DNA from: Perna viridis
Taxonomy: Eukaryota
Assembly: GCA_037379345.1 (NCBI GenBank)
Contig: CM074518.1
Span: 6,944,001 to 7,008,000, forward strand
Length of the DNA: 64,000 bases
Direction of reading: 5' to 3'
The translations under genes were made by a program, and so were the position numbers. The notes below the pieces were generated by a model. The model saw only the letters and a list, made by a program, of their open reading frames with translations, searched no databases and was not told the origin of the DNA. Of this stretch, positions 52,758 to 64,000 are shown one piece after another (positions within the stretch are counted from its first letter, which is position 1; each line of letters opens with the position of its first letter).

Positions 52758-53912
52758 AAACACGAGGCTCCTAGGAGCCAGAATCGCTCACCTTGTTAAA
52801 TTTTGTCTTTCAAGGGCAATATTATAAATTTTACATGGAGTTATCCAACAATTTTGACTCAAAAAGACTTTGGTAGGACTATAAGGATCATAAAATGTCA
52901 TTTTTAACTTTTGAAGGGCAACAACTCTTACAAAGAGACATCTGACAACTTTGATCCCATGAAGACTTTTGTAGGCCTTATAATAAGGATCATTTCAGCA
53001 ACTGAAAGAGTAATCAAGGGAATCAAGATTCTAGTGGTAATCAAAAGAATGTAATCCAGGGACAAAGACCAGACATGGAAAACAGACTAACACAATAAAG
53101 AACATGAAGTAAATAAAATAATACACGCAAAGTAACAAAAGTAAATGAGCAACTAGGACTCCACTAAAAACTGGGAGCATGGACCAGGTGCACCGGTAGG
53201 GTAAGCGTCCTCTGCTTTTCTAGAAACACCTGCCGAGTTGCTCATAAATAGTCGAGTCGGGGGTAGATGAAAGAGGAAAGGAAAACTATGACACATTGAT
53301 CGAATCAGTTTTCATGGTGCAGAATTTAGCTAAACTTAACGGTTTTGGAGATTTAATATGCGAAAAACTACTACCCGACCCCTATGTTCTATTTTTTGTA
53401 ATGGTGGCCGTGTTTTTCAATGGATCAAAATCTCCACATTAGCTCTATGCAGGATACCACAAGGAACATTCATACCAAGTATGGTTGCAAATGGTCAAGA
53501 AGTGTTAGAGAAGATTTTTGAAAGAAATGACATTTAAAATTGGAAAAAAAGTCAAAATAAGGCAATAACTCCAACATGGCTTAACAGATTAGAATGAAAA
53601 TTTAACCTAAAACAGATCTTTTCATGCTGAACACTTCACTCTATCAGAATTAGGCTAAAACTTACGGCTTTGGTAATGCGAACTACTGCTCTCTGTCCCC
53701 TATGTTCTATTTTTAGTAAACGTGGCCATGTTTTAAACAGATCAAATATCCCCACACCAGTTCTATGCAGGATACCCCCAAGAAACATTCATACCAAGTT
53801 AGGTTCCAACTGGTCAAATAGCCAGAGAAGAAGAGTTTTGAAAAATTGTTAACCACAACAGACGATGATAACAACAACGGACGCCAAGTGATGGCAATAG
53901 TGATTGTTAAAA
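52758..53912 (-). mobile_element. Helentron/HINE-type element (inverted paralog of 3783-4702) with a ~300-bp secondary insertion at ~53010-53318
   Basis: GAGGCTCCTAGGAGCC hairpin + CGCTCACCT; GGACGCCAAGTGATGGCAATAG; internal cores match the reverse complement of 3783-4702. Confidence 0.8.
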
Positions 53913-55243
53913 ACAAGGCAATGTATGAAGAATTTTAGGTACATCCCATTTCAAGCTAAACTTGACAAAGTGAAGCCAAGTTGTGTAACGTAACCCATTT
54001 GGTTGCCACAGCTTCATACTTTACCCTGTGAGTAACATACTGATGATGTATACAGTCACAAGACTCAGTCTTGGCATGTGGCATACACCTTCACACATCA
54101 TATAACTTCAGTAATTGTACAAGTTCAGCTTAAAATTAGCTATAGCCAAACTTCTCCATACATTAGCATTTATTTATCAATAACATAGAAATGTTTTTAG
54201 TAGTTACAATCAGATATGACAAATACAAATGTACATGTACATGTATGATATGAAATCTCACAGAACATTTCATAAAATATGTTACATGCACACCCTTCAT
54301 ATCTTTGAATTTTTTAGCAGCTAGGCTAAACAGAATAATACCATTAGCAGGTGTCCTACTTTGCAAGCACCTGTTGACAAGTACTATCAGGCTCCATGCA
54401 TGCATATAAATATCAAGCTAAGCTATATGTGAAATTCCATATAGGTCAAGGACAAGCCTTAACTTGAATGAAAAAAGGAATGGTCCAGTTCTATTTCAAA
54501 ACTGCAAGATTTCAATTTTTCACATCGGCTTAATGGTCTTGCCTAAATTAATATTTTGCAAAAGGGGGGGGAGGGGGGGGAATAGTGAAAAGTTAATTTT
54601 TCGTTAAATTACTGTTTTTCTTTTTTATAGTTTTCATTAAGTGATGATGATGGTCATGATGAACTGACAGACAGCAGTTAATACCACGTAACAACATCTG
54701 CAATCAAAAGATGAGAGTGTTATACTTTTAAAAGTCTTACAAGTCTGATGTTTGTCAACAAAATTCTTGAACAATTTCAAAGTACATTATTTCTTGATTA
54801 AGGTTTTTTTTGACACTGTCAATTAAAGAAACTTCAATCAAATATCAATTTTCCTTTATTTGTTACTAACATTAACCTCTATTTGTTTCTTCAATTTAAT
54901 CCTTATTGTTTATTCAATGTATCTCTATTTGTTTCTTTAACACCTCCATGTGTTTACTTTTTCTCAGTTTACTTCTATTTGTCTTTTTCACAGTTTACTA
55001 GTGTTCTTTTTTTCAGTTTACCTATTTTTGGTTTTTTTTTTAAGTTAACCTCTATTTGATTCTTTATCCCAAAAAAATGTAGACAGAGAATAAAACAGTA
55101 TACCCCTCTATCCTATAGAGTTAGGTTTAATCACAACAATGACTAATTGGTTGTTGGACCATTTAGTTACAATGTAAATTCATAAAGATAACTTGCCGTT
55201 AAAGTGCTTGCCTATTGTATGCTGAATGATAACAATAACCTAC

Positions 55244-57249
55244 CTGTTTGCTTGCCCATTTAGGTCTGATGTTACCAGTAGTATCCAGTGTATTATTGTT
55301 ATATTAAGAAGGGAGTTCATCCTTTTGTCCGTCTCTCTGTACCCATTTTATCAAAGCCTTTGATGCACCTTTTGCCTTCTGAATGACCTATCCATCCGTT
55401 TTTATGTAGTTTGGCTGCCTTCAGCTTCATCTGTTGAAATTTAATTTCTGTAATTATGTAATTTGACTGCCTTCATCTGTTGAAATTTAATTTCTAGAAG
55501 CTTCATATCCCTCTCATGTGCCTGTTGTCTAGCCTAAAACATTTCATATTCTGTAAGGATTTGTTTTGTTAGGAAAGCAGTCCTTGACTGTGGGAAAGTT
55601 GATTTTATATGGATTTTTCCCGAAGAAAGCTCACTTTCTGAAAAATCATAGAACACTGTTTGTTGATTTTAAGCCTTTTCTACAAAATGTATCTGAATTC
55701 AAAACTGTTCCAATTATATTATTTTGTTATCTGATATGCCTGTATAGTCAAGTCAATCAAGCAAAATTTTACCCTTAATCTAAACAAATTATAACATAAT
55801 ATATTTTAATTTTACTCTATGACCTTATGACCCAAATAATCACAGAAAAAAATTTAACAAAATTTAACAACCTGAAACTTCAAAATAAGTGTTTTAATTT
55901 TTCTATGACAATAGATATTTGAAAGGGGAGCTAACTTTGTTAAAGTGGCTGAAAAAATTCAGTTTGATACAAAATCATTATTGTGCCTTATCTGATAAAT
56001 AAAATATAGCAATGGTAGAATTTTGAGCATTTATTAGTGGATAATCTACAACTTATGAAAAGAGTTTCACATCTTTTATAAAAAAACAACCTAGATATAC
56101 AAAATGATTAACCATTTACTCACTTTTCAAGATAATGAAGTTCAAGAATGCCAATTACCAGTAATGATGATGTAAATATTCTACTTTTGTGGTTAAAAGA
56201 CCCTATTAACAAAGGCAAAACTGAGAATAAATAGTTTGAAAATATAGACAATATCAATATAAAAAATCAGATGATAAAATAGCCGGAAAATAAGTATTTC
56301 TGTAATTAATAAATATCTAAAAATTTAGATACAACCATTATACTTCAAATGTGTTATTATCCTGGGCAGTATAATATGTGAAATAGTCAATAAGAAAAAA
56401 ATCAATCATTGTACCATACTTCCCATTGATAATAGATAAAAATGGAACAAAAATCTGACCAAAAAAAAAATATTTTTATGGAGTTATCTTCTCTTTCCTA
56501 TGTAAATCTTGAAATCCTTAACATGAGTTTTCAGCAACTTGGATTTATTTAGAGTTTTTCCTGTGTATATATGGGACAAAATTCTATCTGTTTTAATCAA
56601 AATATTTTCTGTTGCAATTTGTCATAGTTAAAAACTTATTTTGACCTGACTTAGTACACACATCCATGAACACATTGAATTATTTATAATATCAGTTTTC
56701 TTTTAAAAACTAATTTCTTCTTTACCAACATTTATGTTGATCTATATTTTAGTTACACTGCAGGAGTGCATGTAGACGCTCTAGAAAGCCTAATTCTACC
56801 TACCTGATTGCCTATCTCTCTGCCTCTAATAAATGCTTTAATTCTGAAAAATATACAAAAAAGTTTGATATAAACAATCCCAGGCAGTATATCAGTCAAG
56901 AGGTCACCAGAGCTTTCTTATTTTACAATGTATATATTACTAAATAAAACTTATTTATAATTAATTTATTATAAACAAGGATTTAAATACTCCACAAATT
57001 TCTATCAAACCTGTTTTCATACATTTGAAGTTAACATTGTGAGTTTAGAATATACTGTGTCATTTAATTAAATGCTTACTCACAGCACAATTCATCAAAA
57101 TAAGCCTGCATATGAAATTTCAAATTATTCTCATGAAGTTTTATGCAACTGAAAGTTAATAAAGTAACAAAACATTACAACAAATAAAAGTTGATTGACT
57201 TTACCTAGAGATGGAAAGCTTACACAAAATACAAGCCATTTATATGAAG
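55244..57249 (-). other. Chain of candidate non-coding exons: 57249-57205, 56843-56804, 56220-56124, 55430-55244
   Basis: Each has a pyrimidine-rich CAG acceptor and a GTRRGT-like donor on -; no recognisable protein. Confidence 0.45.
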
Positions 57250-57804
57250 CTGCAAATTGAAATGCACCTTTATAATTGAATGTCCATTATATGGACAAAT
57301 TAGGACTGGCCTTACAATGATAAATTTATGTTTACATGTAACAATTTCATAGATCTGGATATCAATTTTAAATTCAATGGATTTTCATCCAAGAAAATTT
57401 GAAATTTAAAAAAAAAAATAAAGGACAAGATAAATTGCTAATGACTAGAATTAAGAAGATCCTCAGAAATATCAATTATATTTGCAGCTGTGCTAAATAG
57501 CTTGCTTATGTTTAATTTTACATACATGTATATAACATCTACCGGTATTTATGATTAAAAAACATTTGCTTTGCCCAAGCACATAATTGTTAATATAACA
57601 AATGGTGTGGCATTGTTCAAATTTCATTGGTTATCAAGCCCATGTAATTCAAAGGATAATAAACAAACCTAAAGCTGTTTTTATTTATACCTATATTGAT
57701 GCTATGTTTCTATCTTTTAATATATTGATATTATTTTCTGAAAACAAATACAGATACAACCCAATATCTTTGAGACTTGGGTGATCAGGAACTTAAATTA
57801 AGAA

Positions 57805-58331
57805 CAGGCTTTCAAGTGACTTTTTGTAAAAAATAAGGGCTAAATTTAGGATTTTTTGGGGGCTTTTAACACAAAAATAAGGGATGACATTCTTTCTTTT
57901 TCAATTATAACACTAAAAGAAAAAACAAGTTACTTACCACTGGATAAAGACAACAATATAAAAGCTATTTACCAACCAAGAAGATTATGTTAGTGGCAAT
58001 CAACAGTTGTATTCAGCATTCCAGTTCGACCATTAGAAGTTGAACTAGTATGGGTCCAAATAATGCTGTGACTGCTAATGACCACCAAAATGTCTTCTGA
58101 GGTGTTTATTTGATCATAATATTCATTTTCTGACAGTATACTAAGCTAGATTCCATTAATACAAACAATATAATGGGAAATTACTATTTCAAAATTTAAA
58201 AATTTGAAAAATAAGGAATTTCTCAACAAAAATAGAACTTTTTTAGGATTCTTCTGCTTATATTAGGGAAATTAGGGCTGCTTTTGAAAAATAAGGAAAA
58301 TTAGGAAAAAAAGGGCCCGCTTGAAAGCCTG
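57805..58331. mobile_element. MITE with perfect 12-bp TIR; related solo right end at ~59300-59412
   Basis: CAGGCTTTCAAG / CTTGAAAGCCTG; subterminal AATTAGG/AATAAGG repeats. Confidence 0.7.
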
Positions 58332-59429
58332 TAAATACAGTGGTAGAGTTAAACATGCCTGAACAAGACTGTGCATCAAAAAAACAGAAACTAAATGTCT
58401 CCTGTTGCCTTGGCAACCAATTTTGCCACTATAATTTCAAAGTGCTCCGATTTGAATGAAATTTGTTTTTAGGTGAAAATGACATACCCAAGCAGGATTT
58501 CGAAAACACAAAATGCAATATCATTTCAAAAATGCACTTTTTACTTATGTAATATATAATCAGCAGACTTTTTCTCACTCAATATCTTATGAATATATTG
58601 ACTGGTGCATTCAATGACTGTCAATCTATTCACATGGGTTTATATATGACATATTTGTCTGAGGTCAATATATTAAAACTGTTCCATATATATATGTAAC
58701 ATACTGACCTCATTAAAAGTCCATAATTGATAATTATATAACATCTTCTACCTATCACATTGTATTAATTAATTACTCCCACAAAATTTAGCATATGTTA
58801 AATTTAATGCCTTAAGTATTAGTTGAAATCTGAAATATGTTAGTAGACATCACAACCTGAAAATTAACAGGTACTTTAATTTCTGTACCATATGACTGGA
58901 ACCAATTAACAATTCTCGCAGTCTGTCAAGCACTTTTTGAGTAAAAAAATTATGAAATTAGGAAATAATTTTCTTAATCAGAAAGTTATCAGGAATTTTT
59001 CAACATAAAAAGTAATGTAATAATACATAATTCCATGAAAATGGCCACCTTCCACCCCACTACATGTAAGTAAAAGCTTTCTAGAAATGTAGCAATTTGA
59101 GAAGCAACACTTTGAAAGAAGTTAAAACACTTTGATTAAAATACTTAATAAAGGATATATAAAGTCACAATTTGAATGTAAAACAGCAACCCAATGAATA
59201 CACAATATCATTCTTTGCAATATACATTCAGTTTTACTTGTACAACACTTTGAAATATGTAAATATTTCAACAAATTTTTTTTGAGGTGCAAAAGTTCAA
59301 AATCAGGAGTTAAAAGGAGTTTCACTGGAAAATTTAGGAAACAATCAGGAAGTGCTCAAATTTAGGAAAAATTAGGAGTAATTAAGAAAATCAGGAGTCC
59401 CTTGATAGCCTGTATTCATGTTCTACATT

Positions 59430-59800
59430 AGTAGAAAGCGCTGCGAAGTGGTGTGAGCTCTACCATTATTACGTGTACTTTCTACATTTCCCTTAAGGTT
59501 CCCCAATATACGAACGAAAAAAAGTCATGTCCCGGAAGTAACAAAAAGTGACTGTCCGTACGGAGAAAATTTATTATTTCCTTCAATCAAACAAATAAAA
59601 AAATACAGGTTAAGATTACGTTTCAGTAAAAATAAATTCATCTTTTCTGAGAGTTTTCAAGTCCTTTTCTAATTTGTTTTACTTATTTAAAGAAGTGAAT
59701 GTTATGTTTATAAAAAAAACTTCGGGAAACACGTGGACGTACGTACGTGTATCTCCGCTGTTCCACTGCTGCTGTTGTCAAGAACCTAACCCGCCTCGGA
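59430..59800. promoter_or_regulatory. CpG-enriched promoter-like segment
   Basis: Local CpG enrichment, CCGGAAGT (ETS-like, ~59532), CACGTG (~59730); upstream of the minus-strand exon chain. Confidence 0.3.
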
Positions 59801-59981
59801 AAAAAACATAACTCTGATAATAATATTAAAATCGAAGCATAGCTTTTCTAAGATAGGAAAGGCAATCATTTTCTTGTTTGGAATTTGCAGCTGTCGTCTG
59901 AATTTTGTTTACGTCACATGATATGTGTAAAATATTCCCACCATCTGTAAAGAACTGTAATATTTCTGGTATCTGTACAGA

Positions 59982-60627
59982 TACTCCAGCAATGCTAGAG
60001 GTTGTCTGGCAAGCTACTTTCTGAATTGGTGCCATCCTAACCTCTAGCATCTGACATGTTGGAAGCCACCGCAAATGTGAATTAGCTTAACATTTGTTTT
60101 AAAATATTTTAAGTCTTTTATTTACGTAAAATCCTAAATATTTGTTACCTAGAATACATTTGTAATGAAGACAGTTGTCAAAATGACCAGCAATTTTGAA
60201 TTAGGTCACTAATTTTACAGAATACAAAATATTTTTGACAAAACGAACTTAAAGTTGGTAAAGGCAATTCGTTGGTTAATTTGATATGTTCGTTTCGCAA
60301 ATTTTAAAATTCGTAATTTTATCAACCGGAATTACGCACTCAAAAAGCTAAAAACCAAATATGAAGTTCAATTTAACTGCATTTACGAAGGATTTCCAGG
60401 ACTGTTGGATTTTCTCATCAGGTAGGTCATATGTTTTTCTTCAGTTTAGTCACCTTCTACCGTATTATGGTAAAGAAATTGTATAAAACGTTTAAAATGG
60501 TAAATAGTTTACTTTAATTCCGCCAATTTCAAAGAACGGCGGAACGTGCGTTATGCAATATGGTGCTTGGAAGTAAGAGGTTGGGGTATGGAGGAACAGA
60601 ATTCCAACCTCTTACATTGTAGGAGTA
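59982..60627. mobile_element. 646-bp non-autonomous DNA transposon, 23-bp imperfect TIR, 9-bp TSD (AcademH- or Mutator-like)
   Basis: TACTCCAGCAATGCTAGAGGTTG / CAACCTCTTACATTGTAGGAGTA (19/23); TSD CTGTACAGA at 59973-59981 and 60628-60636. Confidence 0.88.
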
Positions 60628-61337
60628 CTGTACAGATTGATCTGACAGGACAAAACTGGATGTTGCTAGAGATGCCCTTAAGGATAAAAAATGTAAAGTA
60701 ATGCGAAATACTATAAAGTTATTGACCATTTTGAGAGTGAGGGGAAAGTGGGGTAGGGGGTCAGAGTTTTGGGGAAAAAATTGTTAAAGTTATTCATTTA
60801 TTGAAAAAAGACTCCCCATTAATTAAGAAGACAGATTTTCAAATAGAAATATTGATTTCGCTTGCTGGTTAAATATAAATAAAAATATTGCACTGGGTCG
60901 ACCCCCCCTCTTTGTAATGTCCATCATTATTTTTACGAGTCTCGCACAGACGGTACATGTATGGTAAAGCCCACAGTGCCTGCTGATTTAGGCAATGCCT
61001 ACCCCATATTAAGTTTCATATGACAGGGACTCTATATACACCCCCAGTCCCTGGTTACAGATTGATAGCAAGTTGCTACTCATAAGAATTATCAACTGAA
61101 ACTTATCAAATTTGGTCTGGATTCGGAGGATATGGTAATTTAAACCACGTGAAGACAAAGGCGACAAGAAATACAAGAATCAAATACTATATGCAGTACC
61201 TCAAAGTGACATCCATTTTGTAAATACAATGACTGCTGCCATACGCCAATTTAAACCTTGTCTTTTTTCGTGAATACGTTAAATATTTTGATAATTTTAT
61301 TTCTTATACCTTTTGATCGATGCTCCCATAGACCACC

Positions 61338-61806
61338 TAAACTCCTTGATACCATACTCTAATATTAGATAGTCAAGAGGGTCGTGGACATTTTGTCTTT
61401 TTACGGAGATAACATACCGGAAATTGCTTTCCGCGGATTGTTCGACTAGTTACATAGAGTAGTGCACCCAAATAATCTTTATGTACAATTTAATTTTTTT
61501 TCTTTGTATCTGTTATAGACATATCATTTTTTTTAAGCAGAGGCTTGTAGGACAATTATAGTTATTACTTAACAACAATTTTTTTTTCTTTGACGATTTG
61601 GATATTGGGTGTGTTTGATTTGGGGTTTGTACAGTCGAGTCGAAATACTTTCGCATTGCATGGTCTATCGTAATTTTTTTGTAACAAAAAAAATGAAAAT
61701 TCATCGTTTTTAACCATTATTAGAAATTCTGGCGATAATTTGGCAATTTTTCGCAATTTTGTTCTCTCCCAAATTTAAATACATGAACATTCCATCACGG
61801 AGTTTA
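61338..61806. mobile_element. Candidate MITE
   Basis: TAAACTCCTTGAT / ATCACGGAGTTTA (12/13); left end repeated at ~62545. Confidence 0.45.
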
Positions 61807-61816
61807 ATATATTTAA

Positions 61817-62543
61817 AGCTGCAATAGCTGTCATTTTCGTAAGTGTTTGTTTCTTTTGAAATATACCTTAACTTTGAATGATGTCTACTAAATTGTACTT
61901 TTCTTGTACAATTTCATTGATATCAACAAATAAAATGCATTAAATACATGAAATAGGTGTCTATATATTTATTGTCTTGCAAGACAAAAATCGGCCTAGG
62001 TAAGTTCGTATGTATGTGATTTCAGGTGACCTTAATGCGCGCATGTGTTTTAAGAGTCCCTTCTTCATAACAAATCTGATTGCAAAGCGAAAGTGGTTAT
62101 TCAACGGCAAGGAAGACCGACGGACTGAAGCAATAAAATAAAAAAGTTTAAATATAACGCATGGATCCTTTTGAAATTTACGTATTGTGATATAATGCGG
62201 CTCAAATGTGGCCATTATTTATTCGAAAACCAATCAAGATATGGATGAAATGAAATGAAAACAAGACACACGCTTACCTGTGTATCCGTTATTGTTATTT
62301 TTACCAAGGTTAAAGTATTTTTAATCCTGGTGAATGTCTTGTCGGCAATCTTCGGAAGTAATGGCGAAAAATAATTAGATCAGACCTATCGATCTTCTCT
62401 AATTTAAAAAAAAACGTTGTTTTCACAATATTCTGTAGGTATAATCGACATTAAGCTTCAATTGCATTACTACAGACTTATCACATTGAATCAGCAAAAT
62501 TCAGTAGAATCAAAACTGAACAAATTTGACAGCTAATGCAGCT
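61817..62543. mobile_element. Kolobok-like non-autonomous element with TTAA TSD
   Basis: TTAA|AGCTGCAATAGCTGTCA ... TGACAGCTAATGCAGCT|TTAA. Confidence 0.8.
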
Positions 62544-64000
62544 TTAACTCCTTGATACCATACTATATATGAATTTGGGCGGAGGGTCAAAATTGCGAGA
62601 TTTGTGGCTCCCCGTTAATTATTCATTTTTTTATTTTGTAACTCCATTTTCTTAATTCTTGAGCGGGGGTAGGGGTGATGGGTTGCTGGGATTTTATGTT
62701 GAGGAAGACATTTTATTATATGAAAGCGTGAAAATAATTAATTTTACAAGGATTCATAAGGACATATTCTATGTTGTTGGATTTAATTTGATGTACCGGT
62801 GCGACATGTACACCAATTTCCTGTTTGACAATATATGTATAGTTCTGTTGACCATATGGTGTGATAACAATTTCCCATAGCTGAACATGATCATGAAGTG
62901 GGCGGGGTATCATTTTATTAGTATTGCGCACAGTTTTTCATATGTTCTAGTCTTTGTCCCATTCATAATTAAGAGAATGATGAACCCAACATATCTGATA
63001 ATTCAGGAGCTTAGATTTTCTCTTTGGGGTAACAATTACTATAAAATCGTAAAAAGGTTATTTTTTCAGAATTGCAGAATTTCTTCTATATCACCCGTTA
63101 TTGTCATTTTTTTTTTTAGAATATCGTAGTTTAAACAAACCTACATCACATTTAAATAGTGTCTCAGCTTTCAAATGTATTTAAGTAATAAATATTTGAA
63201 CTTTTCTACGTCCAGTTAGGTGCAAAAAATTGCCACCCCAACACCTGAAAGAAATACCTCATAATTAACCAAAATGTTATTTTAAATGCTAACGCTCTAA
63301 ACAACTTTTCAATCAACTGAAAGAAATATAGTATCTGAATGCTATTGTCACAGGAAAAATTCAATCTTAAACCGATATGGAAAATTTTGCCCCAACGAAA
63401 ACACTTAATGGTTAATGTGAGGGGTCTTTTACATGCACAGGGCGTGACATTTCCCTGCACATGGGCTCTTGCAATTAACATTCCCTCAGACGGACATCAA
63501 TTATAAAACAACATTATACATCAATGTGTTCAACAACATTTTTAATCGTTTGGTGTTCCCTTCGCCAGCAATCCAACTGCCAGAACCATTTCTGAAAATA
63601 TTCAAAAAATATTGTTCCACATATTTCAAACACAAAATTCATATAAACCGTAAGAAATAACTATGCTGATTTTATATTTACATAATACAATCAGTGACTC
63701 GCACTGGATGTTGCACATTCCTCCTTGGATGTATCGTTTGATGAATGGGCCCTGGATAGAAAGCTGTTAACAAGTACAGTACATGTAATAGATTTTCTGT
63801 TAGCCGTCTCTTAGCTAATCGTAATGTTGAAAATAAAATTTTATGCAATTCTTTTTTATTTTGGCTAAGTATTAATATTTTGAAGGCAAACCTTGAAAGG
63901 ATCTTGCTTTTGTTAATAATCATAATTGGTATGTATGATTTTAGTTACTTTATGTTCTTTGTTGTGTATGTCTGTTTTTCCATGTCTGGTCTTTGTCCCT

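Overview
Eukaryotic, very AT-rich, repeat-dense DNA, most likely from a bivalve mollusc. This is inferred from Helentron/HINE-type repeats, bivalve-type CR1 and Tx1 LINEs and frequent TACATGTA. No intact host gene is visible. 1-24.6 kb: two adjacent tandem segmental arrays (unit A ~2.93 kb, unit B ~2.80 kb) carrying repeated splice-site-bounded non-coding segments, minisatellites, hairpin modules and two short motifs shared by both units. 28.2-33.1 kb: decayed multi-exon cadherin-domain gene (+). 36.3-42.3 kb: near full-length, frameshifted CR1-type LINE (-) with a 2A-like peptide. 44.3-48.2 kb: 5'-truncated Tx1/L1-type LINE (+) with a 12-bp TSD. 50.4-51.4 kb: two API5 exons (-) in reversed order. 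52.8-54.3 kb: inverted copy of 3.4-4.7 kb. Many MITEs are scattered throughout, including a 9-bp-TSD family with nested inverted repeats and a precisely deleted 102-bp mobile derivative. Family assignments come from motif recognition only; no database search was run.
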